The notes beneath the pieces were generated by a model, which ran no database searches, was not told the DNA's origin, and worked only from the letters and a program-made list of their open reading frames with translations. The translations under genes and the position numbers were made by a program. A DNA stretch of 64,000 bases from Lytechinus pictus (lineage: Eukaryota), in NCBI RefSeq assembly GCF_037042905.1, contig NC_087263.1, positions 13,704,001 through 13,768,000 on the forward strand. The letters run 5' to 3'. Shown here one piece after another: positions 1 through 12,663 of the stretch; positions within the stretch are counted from its first letter, which is position 1, and each line of letters opens with the position of its first letter.

Positions 1-34
1 ACGTTTTCTCCCAATTCAGAAACCTCACAAGTAA
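1..34 (-). CDS. Start of a further sushi exon, running off the window
   Basis: Same acceptor and start as exon 1391-1570. Confidence 0.8.
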
Positions 35-179
35 CTGAAACAACACGATTCAAAGAAAAGTTGGTGATGTCAGCAATCAAGATATATATTTAAGAAAAAG
101 TCGTTTCTTATAACAGACCTCGAGTTTTGGCAACTGAGAAACCATTATCAACATGAAAAGATCAACGATGATATAAGGC

Positions 180-430
180 AATTACGAAGTGGAAAGTATC
201 GAGGTGCTTCTTAAATGGCGAACTATTACCCGGACTTTTGCTTCGGATTCTCTAAAGTCCTTAGGGAATTCAAGGAAGTAATCGGTACGGATTCCCATTA
301 ACCTCATCTGGGTTGATTGGAACACAATGGAGATCAATATTCTACTAAAAGAAATTAGACCTTGGATGGGATTCGAACACACGTCTCTCTGTTTCAAAAG
401 CGAGAGTCAGAATATCTGGACCACGTCGCT
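180..430 (-). mobile_element. Degenerate tRNA-derived SINE (second copy at about 1715-1960)
   Basis: Minus strand CGTGGTCCAG...TTGAAACAGAGAGACGTGTGTTCGAATCCC (A/B boxes), then the body motif CAACCCAGATGAGGTTAATGGG that resembles the SINE body at 15955-16200. Confidence 0.55.
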
Positions 431-749
431 TTATTGCTATGTCACCTCAAATAGTACCAGCACTACGACTACCACACCAGAGTCGCAAAACACACCCTAT
501 ATTACCCCCTATAATAATTATGAAAATCTCCACCATCTTCAATAACTTATCACCATTGTCTTCACCATTAGATTGAGGCTACTATACCAATATATTGATA
601 AAGACAACGTCATATCCGCTCTTTTGAATACTGAATATAATGTTAAAAAATAATTCATTTTCTCATCTAGGGTGTGGAAGTCTTTTTCTTACATAATTAG
701 GTAATTGACAATTTTTCAGTATGGTACAAAGCTTCTATGTCCAACTTAC

Positions 750-932
750 CCTGACATTTGGGAAATGAGTGTGAGAAATTTCCAGAGCTTGTGCAGTTAA
801 CGGATGACGGTCCGACCAGCGCATAACCAGTTGGACAAGAAAAGGTGCATTCTTCTTCATAGTTTACTTGACTGCCAGGTGTACACGATGAGTTTACTTT
901 GTCTCCCAGTGAGGTTACAGCGCACATCACGA
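750..932 (-). CDS. Sushi/CCP exon
   Basis: 183 nt, phase 1-1, TAG/GTAAGT. Confidence 0.87.
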
Positions 933-1390
933 CTAATTTGAAAGAAAGAAATCAGGACGAGTGTCGGCAACTAACAAAAAACATCTAAGTTATGTCCCTT
1001 CCTGGAGGCAGGTAATATCGAATCATTGTTTAATAACGTCAACGCATAAAACCTTCCGTTTGCCTTTATTGACGTAGCTATCGTTTGATTTTCGGTATAT
1101 CTATAAACGATTGTTTTCCAATCCCGATACTCCCACAAGTTATCATCGAGATACAAGGTCTTTGGCCAATAGAGCACATCTCCTTACTGTCAGAAAAGAA
1201 GGTCTTCCAAAAGAATACTGCGTTTCTACATGAAACGGAAGACAGATACACTAGATCTTACCCCAAGCCTGGGTTATCGGCACAAAAAGCAGAGCATTTC
1301 GTCTTTCATGTATTGTATTCCCAGAAATTCTTTCCGAGATTCTGGAGCTTTGAATAAATGGATAATGGTTCCTTTCCTTTATTCACTTAC

Positions 1391-1570
1391 TCTGACATTG
1401 GGGAAATGGATCCGAGAAATTTCCGGAGCTTGTGCATGTGACAGAGGATTGGCCAGTCAGATCGTAACCAGTCGGACAAGAGAATGCACATTCTTGGTTC
1501 AGGCTTACTTCCTCACCAGGTGTACAAGACGAATTTACGTTTTCTCCCAATTCAGAAACCTCACAAGTAA
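1391..1570 (-). CDS. Sushi/CCP exon
   Basis: 180 nt, phase 1-1, CAG/GTAAGT; TCEVSELGENVNSSCTPGEEV...FPQCQ. Confidence 0.87.
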
Positions 1571-2281
1571 CTGAAACAACACGATTCAAAGAAAAGTTGG
1601 TGATGTCAGCAATCAAGATATTTAAGAAAAAGTCGTTTCTTATAACAGACCTCGAGTTTTGGCAACTGAGAAACCATTATCAACATGAAAAGATCAACGA
1701 TGATATAAGGCAATTACGAAGTGAAAAGTATCGAGGTGCTTCTTAAATGGCGAACTATTACCCGGACTTTTGCTTCGGATTCTCTAAAGTCCTAAGGGAA
1801 TTCAAGGAAGTAATAGGTACGGATTCCCATTAACCTCATCTGGGTTGATTGGAACACAATGGAGATCAATATTCTACTAAAAGAAATTAGACCTTGGATG
1901 GGATTCGAACTCACGCCTCTCTGTTTCAAAAGCGAGAGTCAGAATATCTGGACCACGTCGCTTTATTGCTATGTCACCTCAAATAGTACCAGCACTACGA
2001 CTACCACACCAGAGTCGCAAAACACACCCTATATTACCCCCTATAATAATTATGAAAATCTCCACCATCTTCAATAACTTATCACCATTGTCTTCACCAT
2101 TAGATTGAGGCTACTATACCAATATATTGATAAAGACAACGTCATATCCGCTCTTTTGAATACTGAATATAATGTTCAAAAATAATTCATTTTCTCATCT
2201 AGGGTGTGGAAGTCTCTTTCTTACATAATTAGGTAATTGAAAATTATTCAGTATGGTACAAAGCTTCTATGTCCAACTTAC

Positions 2282-2464
2282 CCTGACATTTGGGAAATGA
2301 GTGTGAGAAATTTCCAGAGCTTGTGCAGTTAACGGATGACGGTCCGACCAGCTCATAACCAGTTGGACAAGAAAAGGTGCATTCTTCTTCATAGTTTACT
2401 TGACTGCCAGGTGTACACGATGAGTTTACTTTGTATCCCAGTGCGGTTACAGCACACATCACGA
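2282..2464 (-). CDS. Sushi/CCP exon
   Basis: 183 nt, phase 1-1, TAG/GTAAGT; VMCAVTALGYKVNSSCTPGSQVNYEEECTFSCPTGY... Confidence 0.87.
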
Positions 2465-3241
2465 CTAATTTGAAAGAAAGAAATCCAAGCTGAGAGTAAG
2501 CTACTAGCAAAAAAAAAAACATTTAAGGATGTTCCTTCTTGTACACAGGTCATAGCAAATCATCGTCGAGTGTATATCCAAACGTCAACGCATAAAAGCT
2601 TCCTCTTCCTTCTATGTACGTACATGTATGTCAAGACGTATTGGACGTTTCTTTTTAGTATATGTATAAAGGATTGTTTTCCAATCACGATACTTCCACA
2701 AGTTTTTATTGAGATACAAGGCCAATGGCCAAAAGAGCACAGCACTTTACTGTCATGAAAGAAGTTCTTCCAAAAGAATACTGCGTTTGTACATGTAACG
2801 GAAGACAGATACATTAGATTTATTACCAAGCCCAGGTTATCGGTACAGAAATGCAGAGCATTTCGTCTGTCAGGTATTGTATTTCCAGAAATTCTTTCCG
2901 ACAGAATATCTGGACCACATCGCTTCATTGCTATGTTACCTCAAATAGTACCAGCACTACGACTACCACACCAGAGTCGCAAAACACACCCTATATTACC
3001 CCCTATAATAATTGTGAAAATCTCCATCATCTTCAATAACTTATCACCATTGTCTTCATCATTAAATTGAGGCTAATATACCAATATCTTGATAAAGACA
3101 TCGCCATTACTGCTCTTTTGAATACTATATAACTTATAAAAAGATTTCATTCTCTCACCAAGGGTGTCGATTTTTTATTCTTACATATTTAGGTAAATGA
3201 CAATTATTCAGTATGATACAAAGCTTTTATGTCTTATTTAC

Positions 3242-3682
3242 TTTGACATTCGGGAAATGAGTGTGAGAAATTTCCAGAGCTTGTGCAGTTAACGGACGAA
3301 GGTCCGATCAGCTCATAACCAGTTGAACAAGAGAAGGTACATTCTTCTTCGCGAAGCTAGCCGGGCCTACCGGCCTGGTGCACAGTGGATTCCCGTTGGG
3401 CATATCACATGCACCAGCTTTTCGCTGCTCCTTATTTGTCTGCCTTTCACACATAATTTAGTAGCAGCGAACGTAATGGAGTTTCTACATGCTAAAGTTA
3501 GCAGACGATACATGTACTTCCAATCCAATTTGATAAATGCAAAAAAATCGTAATTTCGGGAGGATAAGGATAGTAATCGTAAGGGCGGGAGTTGGGATGA
3601 ATTTTCGGGAGCCTCCCGCATCTCTGCAGTTGTACATGAGGAACTTACTTTGTCTCCATTGAAGTTACAGTGTACGTCACGG
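3242..3682 (-). pseudogene. Sushi exon disrupted by about 275 bp of unrelated sequence (about 3351-3625)
   Basis: Both halves align to exon 750-932; about 20 nt are missing at the junction. Confidence 0.75.
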
Positions 3683-4569
3683 CTAATTTGAAGAAATAAA
3701 TGAGGCGCAGAGTAAGCTCCTAACAATGAAGTTACAACGCACATCACGATTTGAAAGAAATAAATCAGGACTAAAAAAAAAAAAACATATAACTTGTGTC
3801 CCTTCTTGGGGGCAGGTAATATCGAATCATCGTCGAATGTATAAAAACGTTAACGGCTAAAACCTTCCGTTTGCCTATATTGACGTATCTGTATCACGAC
3901 GCATTTATCGCTTCATTGTTGGTATATTTATGATGAAGAGTTGTTTTCCAAGAACTACACTTCTATACATCGTCATCGACATTTTAGAGATTCGACCAAC
4001 ACAACACATTTCTTTACTCTTTATCCAAAAGGGGAAGTACTTCCAAAAGAATACTGCCGTTGTATATCTAACGGGACAAACCCAGTAAATCTTACCCATA
4101 GGCTAGGTTTTCAGCAAAGAAATGCATAGCTTTATGTGTTTTAATAACTATATTTATATCTTACATAAATTAAATCCTGTATGCTGATTGGTTTGAATAG
4201 CATCATGTGACCAAACATAATCTCACTATTTTGCGATGATGTCGAAAATGAAACGCCTACCAAAGAAAATGTGCTATTCTGTGACGTCAATGATGGAATA
4301 GTCGACTATTCCATTATTGACGTCACAGATTTGATATCAATCACATTAGCGAAAAGTGCGACCTCATAGACTTGTGTGTAAATTGCGTGAAACGCGGAGA
4401 ACCGATCGTCTGCGCATAAACAAACAACAAACATGGCAGCCTCCACGGCCACGGAGGAAGATTTGCCTCTTCTTCTTCCTATATATGTATATACCACATG
4501 TGGTGTACTGTATTGTGAATTTGAATGCTGAGTGCCGAGTATCCAACGTTTGGTGACTTAAATAAAAAA

Positions 4570-4860
4570 GGTTGTGGTAAAAAAGCCAACATATAAATAA
4601 TATTTACATATTTACAAACAAATGCAGACTAACATAGTCTGACATGCTGCACCTCACTCTTGAATATATTTGCTTAGGTGCTGTCTACGACGTCCTGAGG
4701 CAGGGAATTCCATAACCTGGCAGTGGCAGGATTTTTTTTTTTGTAACATTCCGTTTTTCAAATGGAATCATGAGTTTTTGAGAATGACCTCGGGATTTGA
4801 AGGATGTGTGTTTCAGTTGTTGCTGGACGTCTACAGGATTATTAATGATGCGATACATTA
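4570..4860 (-). mobile_element. 3' fragment of a CR1/L2-type LINE ORF2
   Basis: Frameshifted C-terminal motifs SRGHSQKLMIPF...ARLWNSLPQDVV. Confidence 0.55.
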
Positions 4861-4942
4861 GTAGGTTCCCAACTATCTCCCCGAAATGCCATAACGTAAC
4901 AGTTATTTTAGCAGTTATCATACTTCATTCTATTTCACTTAC

Positions 4943-5125
4943 TTGGGCATTCTGGAAATGGTTCTGAGAAATTTCCAGATCTTGTGCAGTTTACAAACGA
5001 GGGCCCAATTAGCTCATAACCAATTTGACACGAAAAGTTGCATTCTTGACTGTAGTTTACTTGAACTCCATTTTCACAAGAAGAAAGTAAGGGCTCTTCT
5101 ATCGATGATACATTGCACATAACAA
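4943..5125 (-). CDS. Sushi/CCP exon
   Basis: 183 nt, phase 1-1, CAG/GTAAGT. Confidence 0.87.
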
Positions 5126-5172
5126 CTGAATCAACAAAAGAAAAAAATAAGTAGTAAACAAGTATACAAGTA

Positions 5173-5316
5173 TTGTGCAGTTTACAGACGAGGGCCCAAT
5201 TAGCTCATAGCCAATTTGACACGAAAAGTTGCATTCTTGACTGTAGTTTACTGGAACTCCATTTTCACAGGAAGAAAGTAAGGGCTCTTCTATCGATGAT
5301 ACGTTGCACATAACAA
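5173..5316 (-). pseudogene. 3'-truncated sushi pseudo-exon (acceptor intact, donor lost)
   Basis: Matches neighbouring exons up to ...SSVNCT, then joins directly to the intron in front of the next exon. Confidence 0.8.
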
Positions 5317-5547
5317 CTAAATCAACAAAAGAAAAAAAGAAGTAGTCAACAAGTATACTCCGTCAAGAAGACTGTTTGTTGTACATTTATTTTATTGTTA
5401 TTGGTATCCAGTAGGAACTCTTCATTAAAGGTGCATTGGGTTTAGGTTCGATTGTTCCCTTTCTTTCAAGGTCCCAACAATCTCCCCGAAACGCAATAAG
5501 GTAAAAGTTAGTTTACCAGTCGTAATACTTTATTTTATTTCACTTAC

Positions 5548-5730
5548 TCGGGCATTCGGGAAATGGTTCCGAGAAATTTCCAAAGCTTGTGCAGTTAACA
5601 GAGGATGGCCCCATCAGATCATAACCAGTTTGACAAGAAAAGTTACATTCTTGACTGTAGTTTACTGGCACTCCATTTTCACAAGAAGAAAGTAAGGGCT
5701 CTTCTATCGATGATACGTTGCACATAACAA
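5548..5730 (-). CDS. Sushi/CCP exon
   Basis: 183 nt, phase 1-1, TAG/GTAAGT. Confidence 0.87.
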
Positions 5731-5949
5731 CTAAATCAACAAAAGAAAAACAAAGTAGTAAACAAGTATATACTGTCAAAAAGAGTGTTTGCTGGAATAT
5801 TTTTTTACTAATATTAGTATATAGAAGAAACTATATATGTGATGTGAATGAACCGTTGCTCTTATTTGATATTCCAAACACTTCCCCTATCGACATACGG
5901 ACGTATAGAAATGTTTAGCATTTATAAAACCTTTTTCTATTTTACTTAC

Positions 5950-6132
5950 CCGGGCATTCCGGAAATGGTTCCGAGAAATTTCCAAAGCTTGTGCAGTTAA
6001 CAGACGATGGCCCCATCAGATCATAACCAGTTTGACAAGAAAAGTTACATTCTTGACTGTAGTTTACTGGCACTCCATTTTCACAAGAAGAAAGTAAGGG
6101 CTCTTCTATCGATGATACGTTGCACATAACAA
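5950..6132 (-). CDS. Sushi/CCP exon
   Basis: 183 nt, phase 1-1, TAG/GTAAGT; nearly identical to 5548-5730. Confidence 0.87.
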
Positions 6133-6352
6133 CTAAATCAACAAAAGAAAAAAAAAGTAGTAAACAAGTATATACTGTCAAAAATAGTGTTTGCTGGAAT
6201 ATTTTTTTTACTTATATTAGTATATAGAAGGAACTATATATGTGAAATGAATGAACCGTTGCCTTTATTTGATATTCCAAACACTTCCCCTATCGACATA
6301 AGGACGTATAGAAATGTTTAGCTTTTGTAAAACTTTTTTCTATTTGACTTAC

Positions 6353-6535
6353 CCTGACATTCGGGAAATGGTTCTGAGAAATTTCCAAAGCTTGTGCAGT
6401 TAACAGACGATGGCCCAATCAGATCATAACCAGTTTGACAAGAAAAGTTGCATTCTTGACTGTAGTTTACTGGCACTCCATTTTCACAAGAAGAATGTAT
6501 GGGCTCTTCTATCGACGATACGTTGCACATTACAA
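6353..6535 (-). CDS. Sushi/CCP exon
   Basis: 183 nt, phase 1-1, AAG acceptor and GTAAGT donor, CCP Cys pattern C..C..CxFxC..GY.L.G...C..G.F...P.C. Confidence 0.85.
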
Positions 6536-7058
6536 CTTATTCAACAGAAGAAAAAAAAGGTATTGATAAGTATATTCTGTCAGAAAGAGTGCTTGTTGTA
6601 AATTTCTTTTATTTATTGATATTGGTATATAGTAGGAAGTCTTTAAGTGCACCATGTAAAGATATTGAACTGTTACTACTATTTGATGTTCCTAACAGCC
6701 CCCCCCCCCCCGACGCAAGAACGTAAAGGTTTGTTTATGATTTGCATATGGGTTTCCTGCAAGCCATCAACGACCAAGTAGATCTGCATGGGAGGATGAC
6801 CATAATACGCTCAAGTAGGCCGTAAGACACAGACATACTACTAAAATCACATATAAGGGGTCTAATTTTTACGAAATTTAGGAGGCACCTTTTATGCGTG
6901 TTACGGGTTCCTCGCCCCCCCCCCCCCCCCCTTTAAAAACTTTTGGATCCGCCCCTTGATTGTTCAATTTCTTGAATGAAAGTCCCAACAGTTTCCCCGA
7001 CATGCAAGAACGTAAAAGTTAGTTTAGTAATAGTAACACTTCCCTTCATTTTACTTAC

Positions 7059-7247
7059 TCTCGCATTCGGGAAATGGTTCTGAGAAATGTCCAGAGCATG
7101 TGCAGACAGTTGATGATGACCCAATTAGCTCATAACCAGTTTGACAAGAAAAGTTACATTCTTGGTTGTAGTTTACTGGAACTCCATTTACACAGGGAGA
7201 AAGTAAGGGTTCTTCTATCGACGATACGTTGCACGTCACATTTGGGC
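7059..7247 (-). CDS. Sushi/CCP exon (six-Cys, selectin-type)
   Basis: TAG acceptor, 189 nt, PNVTCNVSSIEE...CNFSCQTGYELIG...C...FPEC, phase-1 GTAAGT donor. Confidence 0.85.
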
Positions 7248-7482
7248 CTACAATTTGTTTAAATAAAGAAAAGCATCAACAGATCATTCATCACTGACAT
7301 CTAAAAATGTTGTTGTTAAGTACTTTCACTCCTACATGCTGATTGATTTTAATAGCATCAAACATATGCCTTTTCTTACTATTTTGAGATGGTGTTAAAA
7401 ATAAAAAACGCCTACTGAAGCAAATTTACCATTCCAAGACGACAATAGTCACATTTCGCGAACCTCAGGGACGGTAACATTA

Positions 7483-7607
7483 GGGTCCCGTAACACAAAG
7501 GTTAATATTAATCGTACACTCGATTTTCACAATTGAACAATATAGTCAATGAAATCAATCGTAGAAAACTGTTCTACTATCATTGCAAAGCTTTGTGTTA
7601 CGGGCCC
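7483..7607. mobile_element. MITE with GGGYCC termini (Harbinger-like)
   Basis: GGGTCCCGTAACACAAAG...CTTTGTGTTACGGGCCC. Confidence 0.6.
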
Positions 7608-7894
7608 TAGATCTGCGTTTCGTGAGCAAAAGTTGTGAGATTAGAAAATCCCGTGCTTTCATGTACATACGACTGGTCATCACAGCATGCCCGCCTGACC
7701 CCGGGACTGTACTCCGGGCGCTGGGCTGGAGATATCAGAAACGCTAGGCGTACATGATTTATTATGGCATGGATAAGAAAGTGGTTTTTCAAACAAATCG
7801 AGTACATATTGAGGGAAAAAATACTTAATCTAGGCTTGTGTATATATATATATATATAATTACAGTCCATCGAATCGACAATGCATCTAACGTG

Positions 7895-9060
7895 GATTGT
7901 TGGTGGACCGCTTGCAATTGGTGGACCGCTTGCAAATTGTCTCAAAGGCGAACCAGAGAGTATACTTTCTGAGGAAGTTGAAATCTTTCAGCGTCAAAAG
8001 AGAGACTCTTCTGTTCTGTTTTGAAAGTTTGATCAAACCTATCATTTCTTTTTCCTGTGCTATCTGGTTTTTTGGTCTAACTTCCCAGAATAAGGATAGG
8101 CTGAGCAAGGCAATAAAAAATGCCAGTAAAGTGATAGGTTTGCCAATACCCCAGTTGGAAGACATAGCTTACAAAGCAGTCTTGGATAAGCTACATAGTA
8201 TCATCAGAGACGATACCCATCCCCTCCATGACTTTGTAGTTTTTAATAGGTCTGGGCGGATCCGGTTACCAAGAATAAGGACTAGTAGGTTTAGATATTC
8301 TTTCCTCACAAATGCAATGGTTCTGTACAATGCAGAGTTTAAACGATGAGCCCCCCCCCCCTTAAATTTATATCATGTGCAATATTGTTTTGTTAGTGGG
8401 CAATACCCTTCAAACTGAAACCGAAATACCGCCAAGTACTTACTCCAACATGTATTTTAATCCAATTGATTTCTTGTATTGTACTTAATTGTCATGCTAT
8501 ATTACTTTTATACTTTGCGGGGGCGGCTGTGCTGAGGCAATGCTGCTTGGTCCTGAGGGGGGACCGCCGGGCGTGGTGGTGGTTTCCAGCACTGGATGGG
8601 TGCCGTTTCGACATCATTGTTATCGATGACTTGTGATGTGTAGTGTGGGTTAGTATGGTGTGTTGTGTTGTGGTGTGAGATGTTTCTGCGGTGTGTGGTG
8701 TGTTTTTGGTGTGGAGTTTTGGGGGTGTGTTTATCGGCATGGTGTGGTGTGGATGGGTTTTTTGTGTTTTTGTAGTGTGATGTGTTGTGATTGTTTCAAT
8801 GTCGAACCGGGGCCCATGGATGTGTTGGACTGGCACCGTGCTCGAGGCATTTTCCCCCTCGGCACCAGGTAAAGTTTTCAGTGCAGCTGCCCTTGCAGGG
8901 TATCATATTGTTCTGGGTTAGTATTAGGTCTTTGTGTAATTTTTGCTTTGTATATATTGTTCTTTGTATACCAACAGCCGGAATATGATTTTTGTGCCAA
9001 TGTAATTTTTATTTTGAGCATGACAATAAATTTTGAATATCTGAATATCTGAATTAAATC
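7895..9060 (+). mobile_element. 5'-truncated LINE: ORF2 C-terminus (DUF1891-like) plus long GT-rich 3' UTR
   Basis: ORF 7897-8349 (KANQRVYFLRKLKSF...IIRDDTHPLH...RTSRFRYSF) is typical of CR1/Rex-Babar-type ORF2 ends; tail TCTGAATATCTGAAT near 9040-9055. Confidence 0.8.
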
Positions 9061-9432
9061 CATTGGTCATATTCACCTCTCCAGCTAAACCATTTCGCAT
9101 GCGTTATCAGCAAAGCAAATCTGTCTAAAAATGATTCGGATTTTTTTTCTGCATGGATTTTTTTTCTGCTTTTGCTGCATGGCTCCTCCTACACGAACGG
9201 CAAACCATCTCGCACACAATGTGAAGGACATTATATGCCCCGTGTGCTTGGTGGGCATCATGTTTAACTTTCCCCCGAAATGTGAAATTAGATTTCAAAA
9301 TCCCGCGGGACCACTTCCATTGACAAGTTGATGCTAGGCGCGACCATGGGGTTTCGAAAACACCCTAAACAAGTATTTTCCATATTATGAAAATGCATCC
9401 CTTAACAAGTTTTGGCATGTGAAACCCTACCC

Positions 9433-10000
9433 TTAAAGTGATCATTTCACTTTGTTCTGATTTAAAAAATTCTCATTTTGGTTCTTGAAAATGGGCTAAA
9501 CATTAGGCTTATAGTGTAAAAATACCATCTCAAAAGTGTCAAAGTATTATATCTACAGGATCAATTTAAAACATTGGAGATGTAAACCAAAGTTTCAAAA
9601 TAATTGGGAGTTGGTTTCAATGACTATGTGTATAGAGCGAATCTGTGCAACACAACAGATGAACACAGCATGACCTACATACAGTGTGTACAAGGTATAC
9701 ACTGAATGTACAGTGCAGCTAATAGCGTGTGTATAGAGGATACACACAGCAGAAGGCAATCAACATAGCCAACGGACTTTTTGAATTGGAGAAAACTGGT
9801 CATAAGCTGAGCCTGTCTACTAGACGGTTCTCAAAATCAAGCTAATACATTGCTACTTGTATCTAAATTACAGTTTTTCATCCTATATTGAAGTCTGTTT
9901 CAGGGTTTTTGAGGACAAATACAGGCACTCATACACATGTTTCGTCTCAGTTTGAGAATTTTTTAAATCAGCTGCTCACAAAGTTAAACGATCCCTTTAA
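9433..10000. mobile_element. TTAA-flanked non-autonomous DNA transposon (Kolobok-like)
   Basis: TTAA-AGTGATCATTTCACTTTG...CAAAGTTAAACGATCCCT-TTAA. Confidence 0.65.
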
Positions 10001-10837
10001 CAAGTATTGGAAATATTACCATAAACAGGTAGCTTTCCTAACGAAATATACTGTATACCCTTTTTTCAGTATCTTAAATAGCGTTTTTACACCCATATTA
10101 AAGTCGCATACAAGCAAAAAAGGTTTTCGCTAGAAAAAGAAAGTTATATCGATATCAAAAAAATGGATAGACCAACAACGCGCAGTTTTGAGACAACCGG
10201 AAACACTTAAAAGTATTCCAAAAGGTCAAGCGCGTACAAAGTTCCACATGTTATTCGCCTGCGTGAGCGTGTTGTTTCTTCCGTGTTGGTACGCATAATA
10301 CCAATGTAGTACTTCCAAGGCCGCAAGGTGGTTTGAGCATGGGGAGGTGGAACTAAAGCGGTATGTGGGGTGCACATCTTGGGGAGGTGGAATTAAAGTT
10401 TACACGTTATGTAACAGCAAGAATATTTATTAGGAGGCTGCACTCTACAAGCTCCGCTTTTTAGCAGCCTCCTCCATTTCCAACCTGATGTGTAATAATC
10501 TTGAATATATTTTTGTACAGGGATACTTGAAATATGTTTTGTTATTTGTATGTCAAAATGTACAAAACAAACTGTAATTGTTGAAAATGGAAATAAACGA
10601 AATGAAATGAAAGTTTGGAAAATCAGTTGTTGAAAGCAGAAGAAGGGGTACAGATTTTGTTTTGCTTGCCAGTGTCGGAACTCCTCTGCCTCAGCGAGAG
10701 GGTGCAAATGCCCCCCCCCCCCCCCTCCTTCAGCCTACGCCCTTGACTTTTCTTGTAGCTTCAAGTTCGTGTGTGCAGCAGCTAGCATACAATGAACTCT
10801 ATCCATTATATAATATATATATATATATATATATATC

Positions 10838-11037
10838 TGACCCTGCTGTGTACCTTTCACCTGGGTTGAGTACAGCTCAATGTTGGTAAATTTCTTGCCT
10901 TAGGGTAATACGCCAATTGTGTGTATCATTTGTCGTCATTGTTATGCTATTGCCAGTGGCTAGCATGGATTCGAACCTGCAAACCTCCGAATGAAAGACG
11001 AGTGTAAGAAGTTCAACTAGTCAGACCACGAAGCCCA
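10838..11037 (-). mobile_element. tRNA-derived SINE
   Basis: Minus strand CGTGGTC...GGTTCGAATCC, followed by GGCAAGAAATTTACC...CTCAACCCAGGTG. Confidence 0.6.
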
Positions 11038-11300
11038 AGCAGCACAGCGATATAGTAAACGAAAAGGAATTTACATTATAGGCTGCCATTCCTTTACAAA
11101 TTTTGCTTGTAATAGCTGGCAGCTGCATTTTTTCTCTTGTTTGTATTTATTCATAAATGCATTAGCCATGATTTTCTTTTGATGTCACTTTTTTTTCCAA
11201 AACTTTCATATTTGTGATTTGATCAGCTATGTTGTACTTAAATTACTTGTGATTGTGATTTTTTTTTTATTTTTTACAATGGATCCAGAAACTCATGTGT

Positions 11301-11345
11301 GGAGCGGTGTGGCCCAGTGGATTAGTCTCCAGGACTTTGAAACAG
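11301..11345 (+). mobile_element. 5' part of a tRNA-derived SINE head (A box), split by the LTR element
   Basis: GGTGTGGCCCAGTGGATTAGTCTCCAGGACTTTGAAACAG continues at 15955. Confidence 0.75.
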
Positions 11346-11523
11346 CGCCATGGGTTAATAAGGCACAACTTAATATAAATGAAGTAAATAAATTAGACAA
11401 CTTTGAGGTTGCGTGTAACTGTCTTTAATAACCATGGCCAAGAGACGAACACTAGATGGCGCGCTTACAAATTGCGCTTGCAACATCGAATCATCATTAT
11501 AATACTAAAACAACATACTAGCG
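11346..11523 (-). repeat. 3' LTR
   Basis: CGCCATGGG...CATACTAGCG; 7 mismatches to the other LTR by eye. Confidence 0.9.
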
Positions 11524-12663
11524 TGAATGCCTTCTACTTTTCTTATCTTATCTTATACCGAGGTTTTTTACCTGACTGCTAAATAAGCACGAATTCCCTC
11601 CTCTTTGACAATATAATCTGTATAACAAGAACACGATGATTCGTAACTAGCTCACTATTAAATAAAAAGGTTTAGACCTTCGTTGGTGTAAGAATCTGAT
11701 AAATCTAGACACCAATGTTTCATAAATGATTTGAATACTAAACTAACATATTAATACAACAAAGGTCACAATTCAAATAACATCAAATGGCATCACCACT
11801 TCCCATCTCTCTCCATCATCAAGAATGGGAAAAAACACATTTGTGGGCTTAAAAGGGGGTAAACAACAAATCACTATCCCTATCTAGGCATCAAATTATT
11901 AAAAGCAAAAATTCGACCCTAATCTACTCCAAAACACAAGGCTCAATAAGTGCTGTGCGCTAAAAACCAATTTTCGACACAAATTAAACAACCGTAAACC
12001 TGCATGAAAAATTAAAAGATGCATATGGGCAAATGGTTCAAATAATGAAATACAAACAATGATCTCTCAGTGCAACGTATCCACATAACAAACATATTAA
12101 ATACACAGTTGGACAGCCTCATCCTAAATAGTAAAAATATCTGTGTATCGTAAAAAGGATGGCACAAAACTCCTGAATTATGAGCAGTTCCATACCATCT
12201 CAATGAAATCAGAAAATACTCGCAAAAAGGAAAATGGATCAAATACAGAAAACAGCCACGTACCAACAACTTATGACTGTTCAACTACATGAACTTGACA
12301 CACGGAACTCAACATCATTACTAGGCGTAATGCATGATATACATGAACATACAATGATTGAAAACAAGGGCACATAGATCAATTAACATCAAAACAAAAC
12401 AAAAATCATTTTCCAAACATCACAGTAGGCATATATTAAAGGATGAGTAAATGTTAGATAATCATCACCAGTATGACATCATAAAAACATACCACATCCA
12501 ACAAAATCAACAACACTCATAACTGGCAAAATAACTCACCCAAAATACATCAACTCAAAAGACATATCCGAATCAAGCGATGAAACTCCCGTTAGTCCGT
12601 TCCTCACAATCACATGGTAGAATTGGGAGTCAAATCATAATAAAACATAATGTTCACATCAGT

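Larger units (their letters stand above)
1..2490. repeat. Tandem duplication, period about 1.53 kb (two sushi exons plus introns per unit); further partial copy at about 2900-3350
   Basis: 1-950 is near-identical to 1538-2485, including intron and SINE sequence. Confidence 0.9.

Noticed and set aside
327..545. Repeated plus-strand ORF MEINILLKE... (also 1859-2077)
   Set aside because: Antisense of a decayed SINE inside the duplicated intron.
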